A stretch of DNA of 64,000 nucleotides from Candidatus Falkowbacteria bacterium (GCA_003518055.1 DOZJ01000006.1:201631-265630); one strand, 5' to 3'. Shown: positions 18,108 through 27,253, counted from the first letter of the stretch. Translations and numbers: made by a program. Notes: a model not told the origin generated them from the letters alone.

Positions 18108-18404
18108 ATGCCCGGGTTCAACGAAGCACGGGTAAGAAAATTTTTTAAGCAGGTTTTGGGGCGGAATTTTTTGAAAATAATGTTCGATGAAATTGATTCA
18201 ACCTTGACGATTGAGTTTGAGGCATTCAATGATGTTATTGATTTTTCGCTAAAAAGGTATTTGATGGTGCAAAAAGTTTTTGGCGCTGAAGATGTGTTGG
18301 GAACGGTAAAATTGATGGAATATCCCAAGACGTCACGTCATTCGGCGACGAGATGTAAGAGAGTGATCATCTCGGTGTTGAAAGTTTCCTCTTGGCCCGA
18401 ATGA
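18108..18404 (+). CDS. hypothetical protein
   Basis: G-rich SD-like element and downstream terminator. Confidence 0.45.
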   Translation: MPGFNEARVRKFFKQVLGRNFLKIMFDEIDSTLTIEFEAFNDVIDFSLKRYLMVQKVFGAEDVLGTVKLMEYPKTSRHSATRCKRVIISVLKVSSWPE

Positions 18405-18497
18405 TCTCCTGATAATGTCAGGAGATTTTTAATTTTTAGTTGATTGACGAAAGGAAAAAATGATGATAGAATATTTTTGTTATTTCTTGTTTTTTTT

Positions 18498-18572
18498 GCC
18501 TCCATCGTCTAGCGGTTAGGACATCGCCTTCTCACGGCGGAAACCGGGGTTCGATTCCCCGTGGAGGTACCA
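18498..18572 (+). tRNA. tRNA-Glu (CTC)
   Basis: Cloverleaf: GCCTCCA/TGGAGGT acceptor stem, TCGCC-TTCTCAC-GGCGG anticodon arm, GGTTCGATTCC T-arm, encoded CCA. Confidence 0.97.
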
Positions 18573-18592
18573 GCCTACGCTCTTACTGCGTA

Positions 18593-18686
18593 GAGCTTCG
18601 GCTGGCACGGCCAGTACTATAGCTTTTTAAATGAGCTTCGGCTGGCACGGCCAGTACTATAGCTTTTTAAATGAGCTTCGGCTGGC
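18593..18686 (+). repeat. 40-bp tandem repeat (2 full copies + 14-bp partial) after the tRNA
   Basis: GAGCTTCGGCTGGCACGGCCAGTACTATAGCTTTTTAAAT at 18593 and 18633; partial at 18673. Confidence 0.9.
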
Positions 18687-18883
18687 GAGCCAATATTGGC
18701 GAGATAAGGGGGAAAGAGAATTGAGAGATTAAGAGAATTAAGAAATGTAATTTGTAGAAATAGTAAAAAGTAAAAATACTGAAATATACATAAATAAAAG
18801 CGCGTGATGGCGTGTTTTTTTTGTACGAAAAAACCTGAACGATGTCAGGTTTGGGGAAGTTGAGGCGGGAAAGAACTGGTGGG

Positions 18884-19429
18884 CTAGAGGTGGAAGTCGG
18901 TGCAGATGATGGATTCGAGCATGTTGTAGGAGTCGTCCCATTCGGGATGCTCGGGGTCGTGGCAGCGGAGGTCGGGCAGGTCGTCGGCGAAGGTGCCTTG
19001 GGTGACGGTGCCGGCGGGAACGGTGCGTCTGGTGCGGATGGCGACCGTGAGCTCGGCCACGGTCTGCAGCGCGATGATGTCGGGGTGGGTCGGGTCTCCG
19101 GTTTCGCGCAGGATCTCGATGGCGCGTCGGGCGTGATTCGGGCCGTAGTAGAAGTTGTACTGGCCCGTCTCGATCTTCCCGTGCTTCTTCACGTCGCCGA
19201 AGTCGATCACGAAGCGCTTGCCGCCGGCCCAGTCGATGTAGAAGCGGCTGGTGGCGTGTTCGAGCAGAATGGCGAGCGCCCCCACGTCGTCGATGATGTT
19301 GGGGGTGGGGTCGGCGGCGCTGACGCCGAACTTGACGCCGGCGTTGTACAGAGCCGCCAGAATATCTTCCTCGACGAGTCCTTGAACGTCCACGATGCTG
19401 TCGTGGGTGCAGGTGCGATCGAATGGCAT
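18884..19429 (-). CDS. hypothetical protein, strongly GC-rich
   Basis: AAGGAGGAGGAG SD, promoter at 19491-19520, third codon positions mostly G/C. Confidence 0.8.
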   Translation of the reverse strand: MPFDRTCTHDSIVDVQGLVEEDILAALYNAGVKFGVSAADPTPNIIDDVGALAILLEHATSRFYIDWAGGKRFVIDFGDVKKHGKIETGQYNFYYGPNHARRAIEILRETGDPTHPDIIALQTVAELTVAIRTRRTVPAGTVTQGTFADDLPDLRCHDPEHPEWDDSYNMLESIICTDFHL

Positions 19430-19753
19430 GGTTTTCTCCTCCTCCTTAAAGCGGCCGTTGAGAGCGAAGGAACAGTTGAATTAACTTTAAATTATATCAT
19501 ATATTTATCAAAAAGTCAATAGGCTGGGGGGCGGTTATTGTTTAAACGATATGAGCAGCCTTTATTTGGCTTAAAATGGACGATATTTGTCCTTGGTGGA
19601 ATTGTGTATTATTAATGAACCATGAAGAGCATTTTTTTTGTTGTGAAAAAAAGGAATATTGGGTATAATTTATGGCAGAAGTATAATTGACGTCGGAGAA
19701 ATAAAGCTTAAAAGGATTATAAAAAATAAGTTTATAAATTTAATTTTAATTAT

Positions 19754-19987
19754 ATGGGATTTTTTGATGTGTTCAAACCTAAAGTTGAGCCAGTTCAATC
19801 AGCAGTGGTTGAAAAGCCGAATCTAGATCGAGATACAGCCGTGGCGACAGAGGCTGTGGTTTTGGCGACGGCGCGGGAAACCGTGGGGGAAAACGGACGT
19901 TTGATTGTTGAATTGTTGGATCAGTCAACTCAGTATTTTGCTAATAGCGATCGGGTGCCTGAGCACCAAGAAGGTGAAGCTGCTTAA
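19754..19987 (+). CDS. hypothetical protein
   Basis: AT-rich leader, 77-aa ORF. Confidence 0.55.
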   Translation: MGFFDVFKPKVEPVQSAVVEKPNLDRDTAVATEAVVLATARETVGENGRLIVELLDQSTQYFANSDRVPEHQEGEAA

Positions 19988-20016
19988 CAAGCATAATTTA
20001 AAATAAAATTAAAAAT

Positions 20017-20307
20017 ATGGATCGAGACGAAAAATTCAATAAAGTCGTGGAAATGATGAATCGCGCTGAAACCGATCCGAGGCAGCAGGAGCATTTGAGA
20101 GTGTTTTTGTTTCAAATGATTGAGAAACCGGAATTTGATCGGTTGGTGGAGTTGTTTGATAAAAATCATGAATTATTTGATAAGTTTGTTCGTATTTTTG
20201 AATTAAAGTTGAAGTTTTTTGAATTCGGTGATGATGAGGCTTCATGGAATCATCTGATGGACGAAGAAAAAGAGGCGGTGTTGATGGCGGAGAAGTCGGC
20301 AAATTAA
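20017..20307 (+). CDS. hypothetical protein
   Basis: AT-rich leader, acidic helical ORF. Confidence 0.65.
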   Translation: MDRDEKFNKVVEMMNRAETDPRQQEHLRVFLFQMIEKPEFDRLVELFDKNHELFDKFVRIFELKLKFFEFGDDEASWNHLMDEEKEAVLMAEKSAN

Positions 20308-20371
20308 TGGAAATTGATCCCGCTCCTTACGAGGCGTGGGATTGATGGAAATAAATATCCGCCAAAGGACG

Positions 20372-20391
20372 CCTGCCTGCCGGTAGGCAGG
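20372..20391. repeat. 20-bp palindrome (copy 3) inside CCGCCAAAGG..CCTCTGGCG hairpin
   Basis: Read directly. Confidence 0.9.
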
Positions 20392-20478
20392 GATGCGCCT
20401 CTGGCGCAGAAATTACTAGGCAGGTAAAAATATAAGCCGCTTCGGGGAAGCGGTTTTTGGTTTATCCACAGGTGGGTT

Positions 20479-20532
20479 TTGACGTTCGGTTTTTGTTTGG
20501 GTATAGTGGAGGTAGGCGAACAAGAAGCGAAC
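20479..20532 (+). promoter_or_regulatory. promoter of the lexA unit with candidate direct-repeat LexA operators
   Basis: TTGACG(20479)-17-TATAGT(20502); GTTC-N7-GTTT (20484-20498) and GAAC-N7-GAAC (20518-20532). Confidence 0.6.
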
Positions 20533-20545
20533 AGAAGAAAGATAA

Positions 20546-21016
20546 TTGAGAGATTAAGAGAATTAAGAGATTGAGAGAGTGAGTTAAAAAAAAGACAAAA
20601 TATTATTTTATGCCTACTTCATATCGAGAATTAAGAATTTGGAAGAAAGGATACGATCTTCTTTTGGAGGTTTATGAAATAACGAGTCATTATCCAAATG
20701 GTGAAAAATTTGGCTTGGTTTCTGATACTAGACGTTCGGCTAATTCGATTATCGCCAATATTGCGGAAAGCCATGGGCGTTATTACTTTCTGGATAAAAT
20801 TAGGGTTTTATATATTGCTAGGGGTGAAGTTGAGGAAGTGAGAAGTCATTTAGAAGTGGCTTTTGGGGTGAATTATTTAACACAAGAAGTTTATAAAAAA
20901 TTAGATTTAGAGTATCAAGGTTTATTAATTGGTTTAAATGAATACATAAACAGCATTTTTAAAGAAAAAAATAAAACTTAATTCTCTTAATCTCTTTTTA
21001 TTCACTTAATTCTCTA
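20546..21016. mobile_element. repeat-flanked four-helix-bundle cassette
   Basis: AGAGATTAAGAGAATTAA (20549-20566) is the exact reverse complement of 20978-20995; mobility is inferred. Confidence 0.55.
20610..20981 (+). CDS. four helix bundle protein (23S rRNA IVS protein family)
   Basis: SYRELRIW, YP..EKFGL.S..RRSA.SI.ANIAE..GR, IARG...E. Confidence 0.92.
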   Translation: MPTSYRELRIWKKGYDLLLEVYEITSHYPNGEKFGLVSDTRRSANSIIANIAESHGRYYFLDKIRVLYIARGEVEEVRSHLEVAFGVNYLTQEVYKKLDLEYQGLLIGLNEYINSIFKEKNKT

Positions 21017-21023
21017 AAAACAT

Positions 21024-21626
21024 ATGACTTTAAGCAAGCGTCAAAGTGAAATTCTCAGTTTTATAAAAGAATTTGTCCGTGATTATGATTATTCGCCGAG
21101 TTATCGCGAGATCGGGGAAGCCATGGGAATTTCTTCGCCGGCGACGATTCATCAGCATATGCAGACGCTCAAGGCCAAGGGATATCTGGATATTGATCCG
21201 AACGCGCCGCGGTCATTGCAGCTAACTAGCAAGGTGATGAAATTGGGCAAGAGCATTGAGCTGCCCCTTCAGGGGTTGATTGCCGCGGGTGAGCCGATTG
21301 AGGCGGTGATGCAGAATGAAACTATCGCGGTGCCGGTTGATTTTGTCACCAACGACAATTCTTACGTTTTGAAGGTCAAGGGGTTATCGATGATTGATGA
21401 GGGAATTTGGGATGGCGATTATGTGGTGGTGGAATACAACCCATCACCTAAAAATGGGGATGTGGTTGTGGCCTTGCTTGATAATGCTTATGTGACATTG
21501 AAAAAGTTTTTTCGGGAAAAGACTCGCATTCGATTACAGCCGGCCAATGCCAGCATGAAACCGATTTACTGTAAGGATGTGATTATTCGGGGTGTGGTCA
21601 AGGCGATTATAAGAAAGTTCGCGTGA
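21024..21626 (+). CDS. lexA: SOS repressor LexA
   Basis: LSKRQ.EIL.FI, PSYREI, IAAG cleavage site, G.SM catalytic Ser, TLKK catalytic Lys. Confidence 0.96.
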   Translation: MTLSKRQSEILSFIKEFVRDYDYSPSYREIGEAMGISSPATIHQHMQTLKAKGYLDIDPNAPRSLQLTSKVMKLGKSIELPLQGLIAAGEPIEAVMQNETIAVPVDFVTNDNSYVLKVKGLSMIDEGIWDGDYVVVEYNPSPKNGDVVVALLDNAYVTLKKFFREKTRIRLQPANASMKPIYCKDVIIRGVVKAIIRKFA

Positions 21627-21681
21627 TGATTAAAAAGAATGGAGGCAGGATGAATCAAGTTCAGAGTTTGGCTACTGGTAG

Positions 21682-21738
21682 GAGATGCTGAAACGAGTTC
21701 AGCATGACGATAATTCAGGTTTGGTCATTCTGAACTTG
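21682..21738. repeat. REP-like palindrome (GAGATGCTGAAACGAGTTCAGCATGAC) plus partial inverse
   Basis: Hairpin 21682-21708; GTCATTCTGAACTTG at 21724-21738. Confidence 0.7.
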
Positions 21739-21933
21739 CTAATAGATGTAATAAAAATAAATAAATAAATAACTAACTAAGGGGGCTCGTTTATTGGGTA
21801 ATTTACAAGCATGGTTATCCAACAGCGTTTCCCCCGCCAAAACAAAAATGTATGTCAAAAAGAAAAGTCCGGTCGTTTTATCGACGTTATTTCAAGGCGT
21901 ATTTTGAAGCATTAACAATTGAAGTTTAATTCT

Positions 21934-22179
21934 ATGTACAGCAAAATAAACGAAAAAATTGAAGTCTTGTGCGCTTACGTCAAAAATAAATCTTTGCCGC
22001 TGTATTTCCGCTGGGGTGAGAAAAAATATAAGGTTGATAAAGTTAATTTGGTTCATTCGATGAGGCGCGGTCGTGATAAGCTGTATTTTTATTCAGTCAG
22101 TAACAAAGATAATTTTTTTAAGTTATGTTTTGATACGGAAAAAAATCAGTGGATGCTGGTGGAAAGATTTTGCCAATAG
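21934..22179 (+). CDS. small conserved hypothetical protein between lexA and dinB
   Basis: P.YFRW..K.Y.V..V and F.L.FD....QW.L pattern; ATG 21934. Confidence 0.7.
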   Translation: MYSKINEKIEVLCAYVKNKSLPLYFRWGEKKYKVDKVNLVHSMRRGRDKLYFYSVSNKDNFFKLCFDTEKNQWMLVERFCQ

Positions 22180-22196
22180 AAATAAAATATTAATTT

Positions 22197-22643
22197 ATGC
22201 CTGATAGACACAGCCTGATTCACGCTTCCTACTTGGTTTTAATTAAGGATAATAAAGTGCTTTTGGCTCGAAGAATCAATACTGGTTATGAAGACGGGAA
22301 TTATTCTCTGATAGCCGGTCATGTGGAGCGGAGTGAAACTTTCACTGAATGTGTAATCAGGGAATCCATGGAGGAGGGGCGGATTATAATTAAAGCTGAG
22401 GATTTGCGAGTGGTTCATGTAATGCAGAGAAATTCTAAAGAAAAAGTAGCTAATGAACGGCTCGATGTGTTTTTCGTCGCGGAAAAGTGGTCCGGCGAGC
22501 CGATGATTAATGAACCACATAAGTGCGATTATATGGGTTGGTTTGACATGGATCATTTACCTGAGAATATCATTCCATATATCAAACACGCTTTGGAACA
22601 GATTCAACGCCGGAATTTTTACAGCGAGTATGGCTGGCATTAA
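22197..22643 (+). CDS. NUDIX hydrolase
   Basis: GHVERSETFTECVIRESMEEG Nudix box; NEPHKCD. Confidence 0.92.
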   Translation: MPDRHSLIHASYLVLIKDNKVLLARRINTGYEDGNYSLIAGHVERSETFTECVIRESMEEGRIIIKAEDLRVVHVMQRNSKEKVANERLDVFFVAEKWSGEPMINEPHKCDYMGWFDMDHLPENIIPYIKHALEQIQRRNFYSEYGWH

Positions 22644-22764
22644 TTAGTGTAGAAAGTTTTTGTTAATAGAACGTGAAATTTATTTATGAATACTTTTGTT
22701 CTTGAATAAAAAAGACAATCCGATTGGGGATTGTTTTTATAATTTTGTCAGGAGTAGTTACTTC

Positions 22765-23082
22765 TTATCTGTAGCTATAATACTGCGGCTCGTCGGGCTG
22801 CGCATTTTTGTACAATTTTACCCCACCATAAGTAAAACCAATTATGCCGCAGCTGGTAATGATAGCAAGTGCGATACTTGCCCCGATTTGTTTCATGATT
22901 GGAATCAGAGTGGGGTCAATGATCGCGGTAATGACGCCAATGACGTAGCTTATTGGGAGGCCTAGGAAGTAGAGAATTAGCCCTGAGCCAAAGAATCCGA
23001 TTGCACAGCCGATTAGCGCCCAAAACAGAAACTCCATAGTTATCCAGACCCAGCGATTAATATGGTTTTTGGCAGCTTCCAT
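22765..23082 (-). CDS. small Gly-rich membrane protein
   Basis: Two TM segments, SD. Confidence 0.65.
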   Translation of the reverse strand: MEAAKNHINRWVWITMEFLFWALIGCAIGFFGSGLILYFLGLPISYVIGVITAIIDPTLIPIMKQIGASIALAIITSCGIIGFTYGGVKLYKNAQPDEPQYYSYR

Positions 23083-23155
23083 TTCAGAACCTTCCCTTGT
23101 TGCGGTGATCGGAGACTAAATGAGATTGTTTTTGTTCTGGATGAAGATTCGATTT

Positions 23156-23467
23156 TTAGGCCGGAAGTGATTTCTTGTAGGCTTTTTTGCTAAAATCGAG
23201 GCCAAATAGAACGAAGCCAATGGAGCCTCCGACCCAAATCCCTATGGGATAAATCCACTGGAAGAAAAATATCACGGTATCATGCAGAGATGTGGTGGAA
23301 AAAAGAAAGCTATACGCGGGTGAAAGAAGGTAGGCAGCAAAGAAAATTCCGATAAGGGCTATTGCTGTAATTAGGCCTCCAATAATAGCACCCCCGATAC
23401 CGCCGCCAATGAAACCGCTAATTGACCAGAGAAAGGCTGAGAATTTTTTGGTTTTGAATTGGTTCAT
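23156..23467 (-). CDS. small Gly-rich membrane protein
   Basis: GFIGGGIGGAIIGG glycine zipper, SD. Confidence 0.7.
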   Translation of the reverse strand: MNQFKTKKFSAFLWSISGFIGGGIGGAIIGGLITAIALIGIFFAAYLLSPAYSFLFSTTSLHDTVIFFFQWIYPIGIWVGGSIGFVLFGLDFSKKAYKKSLPA

Positions 23468-23515
23468 GTTGAATCCTTTCTTTGGCGATGGGTTTTATGA
23501 TTAAAATGTCTCTGA

Positions 23516-23812
23516 TTAATCTTTTTTCAAATCCCAGTATACACCGTCTAGGGCACAGTATACTCCACCCCAGATTAGTCCAATGGCAATGCCCATGATA
23601 TAGCAGATATATCTAAGAGTTATTCCGAATTGTTGAACTGCTGGAATGGATTCAGGGCTAAAAGTTTGAATAAACGCATAGGCGATATTGCTGATAATGA
23701 CAGCCAAGACGAGTGCGATAGCGAATCCGCAGATAGCTCCGAAAGCGCCGCCGGCAAGAAACCAGCTGGTAGCGATTCCTGCATTTCGAATTGTGGCCAT
23801 GGTTCTTGTCAT
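23516..23812 (-). CDS. small Gly-rich membrane protein
   Basis: AAAGGAGG SD, promoter near 23850-23878, two TM segments. Confidence 0.7.
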   Translation of the reverse strand: MTRTMATIRNAGIATSWFLAGGAFGAICGFAIALVLAVIISNIAYAFIQTFSPESIPAVQQFGITLRYICYIMGIAIGLIWGGVYCALDGVYWDLKKD

Positions 23813-23945
23813 GTTGGTCCTCCTTTTGTGTGGGCTGGCGGAATAGTGAATATTAACCTTTTAAAAATAAGTTGTCAATCCTGTCTCTCGTCCCGATTTT
23901 CGCGAAGGGCGGGATGGCGAGAAGCGGGATCAATGTTTTTGAGAT

Positions 23946-25157
23946 ATGCAGCGGATTATTTTTCACATTGACATGGATTCGTATTTTGCCACGCTGGAGC
24001 AGCAGGCTAATCCGTTTTTGCGCGGCAAACCGGTCGGTGTCAGCGGCAAGGAGGATTCCCGAACGGTGATTGTGGCGGCGTCGCGTGAAGCCAAGCAATT
24101 TGGCGTGAAAACAGCAATGAGTTTGTTTGAGGCGCGAAAATTGTGTCCACAGATGTATTTGGTTGAAGGTGATGGGCCGAAATATCGGTTTGTAACCGAT
24201 GAGTTTATTAAAATTTTTAAACGCGTGTCATCACAAGTTGAAATTTATAGCATTGATGAAGCGTTTTTGGATTTGACCGGGTATGTCAATGATTTTAAGG
24301 CGGCGAGAATTAGGGCGCTTTGGATCAAGGAGCAGTTGAAAATCAAGGCGGGTGAGTGGGTCACATGCTCCATTGGGATCGCCAAAAATAAATTGCTGGC
24401 CAAAGTGGCCTCAGATTTGAATAAACCAAATGGATTGGTGGTGATTAACGATACAAATTTATTTAATATTATTGATAAGTTGAAACTAACGGATTTTTGG
24501 GGGCTCGGACCGCGGATCAATCGGCGGCTGGAAGCAATGGGAATTGAAACGGTGAAGAAACTTCGAGCTTATCCGGTTGCCGAGTTGATAAAAGAGTTTG
24601 GGTTGTTTTACGGTCGCAAATTGCATGATATGGTTAGAGGCGAAGATGTCGGATCGGTGGTATCTGACTACAATGAACCAGCGGTGAAGTCTGTTAGCCG
24701 GGCCTATACTTTGGATCGTGATACTTGGGACAAAGGAGAAATTTTTCAGGTGCTGGCGCATTTGTGTTATAAATGCGGTCGAGAACTCAGGCGGAAAAAA
24801 ATCGCCGGCCGAACTTTGGAATATTATTGGCGTTATGATGATTTTACTCATGCCGGTTTTAGATTCACATTAAAAAAGAAGATTGATGATGGGTTGGAGT
24901 TATTCAAAATCGGGCAGGTAAAATTAATCAGATATGATTTGGCCAAAGCGGTGCGTTTGGTTGGCGTTAGGGTAGCCAATTTGGAGCCGGTTAGCGGTCA
25001 GCAGTTATTGTTTACCAATGAACGTAAATGGCAGCGGCTGGGGCCGTTTTTGGACCAAATTAATGACACTTATGGGGAATTAACGATAAAATCAGCTTAT
25101 TTGGTAAAAAAGTCTAGATTAAGAAATAAAATAGGCGGGTTTAAGTATGGAGATTGA
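23946..25157 (+). CDS. dinB: DNA polymerase IV (Y family)
   Basis: HIDMDSYFA, AASREAK, YSIDEAFLD, SIGIA.NKLLAK.ASD..KPNG. Confidence 0.95.
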   Translation: MQRIIFHIDMDSYFATLEQQANPFLRGKPVGVSGKEDSRTVIVAASREAKQFGVKTAMSLFEARKLCPQMYLVEGDGPKYRFVTDEFIKIFKRVSSQVEIYSIDEAFLDLTGYVNDFKAARIRALWIKEQLKIKAGEWVTCSIGIAKNKLLAKVASDLNKPNGLVVINDTNLFNIIDKLKLTDFWGLGPRINRRLEAMGIETVKKLRAYPVAELIKEFGLFYGRKLHDMVRGEDVGSVVSDYNEPAVKSVSRAYTLDRDTWDKGEIFQVLAHLCYKCGRELRRKKIAGRTLEYYWRYDDFTHAGFRFTLKKKIDDGLELFKIGQVKLIRYDLAKAVRLVGVRVANLEPVSGQQLLFTNERKWQRLGPFLDQINDTYGELTIKSAYLVKKSRLRNKIGGFKYGD

Positions 25158-25249
25158 CAAAAATGGCCAAATTTGTTACAATTTATGGTGCGTTTGAACC
25201 TTGAAAAAGACCAACAAAGACAGCAACCCATAAGCCGGGGGAGGCTAAG

Positions 25250-25831
25250 ATGATGCGGAGAGTTGCGATGTCGGTGTTTTTTGCTGTTTTAGTTTTTGTT
25301 ACTTTGTGTGGTAACCGCAGCTGTGTTCCGGTAGAGCCTGAGCAGGTGGTTGGGATTCCTTGTGAGATTAATGATGATTGTGATGATAATAATGAGTGCA
25401 CGGTGGAAACTTGCGTTGCCGGCGAATGTGTTTATGATCTGACGGTCATGGATGGAGAGGTGTGGTTTGGTTCATCACCCTCGATGGGTTTTTACAAAAT
25501 TTGCTGGAATGGCCGCTATGCTGGTTACAACGGTTATTGTCATGTGGGTGAAGATGCGGCGATTTGTTCGGATACAACCATGGAGCTTTACAATTCTGAT
25601 ACGGGTCATTATGAATATTTGTGGGGTGTAGATTATTGTGTCGCTGATGAAGCCGGCAGAGGTTGGTGTCAGGAGTGCCAGCCAGGCACAGCTCTAGATG
25701 ATGGTGTTGATGCCGGGTGTTCGCTGGATTTTCCTCGGTGCACTACGGAAATGATTAGTTTGAACGGTCTTTGGGAGGAAAGCGCTACAGGAACAATATA
25801 CCGGCCTAGGTGGTTTTGCTCTGGTATCTAA
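25250..25831 (+). CDS. Cys-rich exported protein
   Basis: Signal-like N-terminus; CDDNNECTVETCVAGEC motif; many Cys. Confidence 0.7.
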   Translation: MMRRVAMSVFFAVLVFVTLCGNRSCVPVEPEQVVGIPCEINDDCDDNNECTVETCVAGECVYDLTVMDGEVWFGSSPSMGFYKICWNGRYAGYNGYCHVGEDAAICSDTTMELYNSDTGHYEYLWGVDYCVADEAGRGWCQECQPGTALDDGVDAGCSLDFPRCTTEMISLNGLWEESATGTIYRPRWFCSGI

Positions 25832-25897
25832 AATATAGAAGTCTAAATCGGCTTCTTTTTTATATGAAAAAACCAGCGTATTACTGGTTTGGGAAAT

Positions 25898-26758
25898 TTA
25901 TTTTTCGAGTTGTTTCTTGGTTCTCATCAAGTGATCACGAAGTTTTTCTAGAGCGGATCTCTGTTCCGGATCACTGGCAGACGAGGTTGGGGGCAGGGTA
26001 ATGTCGGTTACTTCATTCGGGTAGCGAAGCCGCATGGCGACTTGGGTGTCGATTGGCTTAAGTGGAATATTCAGTTGTGGGTGGCGTCCGGGCTGCATGA
26101 ATAATTCGAAATCGCCGTTCGCGTGTTCATAATACCAGAATAGCGGCTGGCCATCCGGAGTGAAGAGTCTCAGATTTGGGTTTAGCTCTACGGTTTCGAT
26201 GGTAATTGGCGGCCGGCTAACCATTTCTTTGGATCGGTTCAGGCTTTTGATTTCAGCTGGGTCGCGAATGACAGGATTACCGGTTTGGGGATCAATTTCC
26301 CACTCGCATGGGACTTCGACATAACTGTCAAGGCGAGCGCTGAAGCATTTTTTCGGTTCTCCGGTTTCGGGATCAAAGAGCAGATTAGCGTCAGCGTAAT
26401 ACATGAAACCGCAAAAGGCCAAATAGGCGGAGCTGCCCAGAATGATGCCAATCAGACGTTTACGTCGGCGGAAAGAAAGTATCATGCCTACGCTGATCAC
26501 GAACAGAATGGCTGGCAGAATGGCGATCATTTTGGCCAGCCATGGATTAAGTGCGGCATGAAGTTCCAAATATTCGGAGATCCACGGAAATACCAAGAAA
26601 AAGGCAATTAGACTGCCGAATTTAAACAGGCTGAATAGCATCAATAGTCCAAAGACAAATAAAATAATACCCCAAATGAGTTTTTTTCGGCTGCGTTTGA
26701 TCTTTGGTGGTTCATCTCGGTTGGATTCGGATTTGATTTCACCAAATGGCTGTGTCAT
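25898..26758 (-). CDS. membrane protein associated with the lipoprotein array (intact copy)
   Basis: Several TM segments then a soluble domain; AAGGAG SD; paralog of 34676..35466. Confidence 0.8.
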   Translation of the reverse strand: MTQPFGEIKSESNRDEPPKIKRSRKKLIWGIILFVFGLLMLFSLFKFGSLIAFFLVFPWISEYLELHAALNPWLAKMIAILPAILFVISVGMILSFRRRKRLIGIILGSSAYLAFCGFMYYADANLLFDPETGEPKKCFSARLDSYVEVPCEWEIDPQTGNPVIRDPAEIKSLNRSKEMVSRPPITIETVELNPNLRLFTPDGQPLFWYYEHANGDFELFMQPGRHPQLNIPLKPIDTQVAMRLRYPNEVTDITLPPTSSASDPEQRSALEKLRDHLMRTKKQLEK

Positions 26759-26926
26759 GATCATCTCCTTGCTGGTGGTTTGGAAACGAACAGGTTATGT
26801 ATCATTGTGTGGTTTATGGCGCAATTTGTCAAGTCGCTTTTGACAAGAAGGGTCATTTTTGGTAGGTTAAGGGCAAGGAATCATAGTTTAATCGAGACCT
26901 CAAAATTGAGGGAAAGGGAGGCTCAG

Positions 26927-27175
26927 ATGCTGAGAGTATTGCTCATTGTAGCAGTGGTGGTCTTGATCGCCATCATCTTGGCCGGTGTCGCGTTGATCAG
27001 GGATTATTGGCGGCCGTTGAAGGATAGCAATGGCCAGCCGGTTGAACTTGATTCAAAGCAAAAGTCAAGATTGAAAATTATGATGGGCGCGGCGGCGATC
27101 GCGTTGTTCACGATTTTTCTTTCATCCAAGCATAATTGGGTGAAAAAAATGAAGCGGTCAATGGGCCGAGCGTAA
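26927..27175 (+). CDS. small 2-TM protein
   Basis: GGGAGG SD before ATG 26927; terminator at 27186-27208. Confidence 0.65.
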   Translation: MLRVLLIVAVVVLIAIILAGVALIRDYWRPLKDSNGQPVELDSKQKSRLKIMMGAAAIALFTIFLSSKHNWVKKMKRSMGRA

Positions 27176-27253
27176 TTATTGTCCAGCAAACTAACAGTTT
27201 GCTTTTTTGATTAAAAAAAACTAACAGGTGCTGTTAGTTGTTGTTTTATTCGG

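Noticed and set aside
18593-18686. Mini CRISPR array
   Set aside because: Intervening sequences are identical (tandem duplication) and no cas genes are present
18842-19522. 226-aa + strand ORF (also 57338..57907 and the + ORFs at 49-50 kb)
   Set aside because: Antisense shadows of GC-rich - strand genes, which carry the SD and promoter
20462-20470. Perfect DnaA box TTATCCACA as an origin
   Set aside because: Single box, no cluster and no visible change in strand skew
20610-20981. Diversity-generating retroelement (Avd-like gene)
   Set aside because: No reverse transcriptase and no template/variable repeat pair seen in the window
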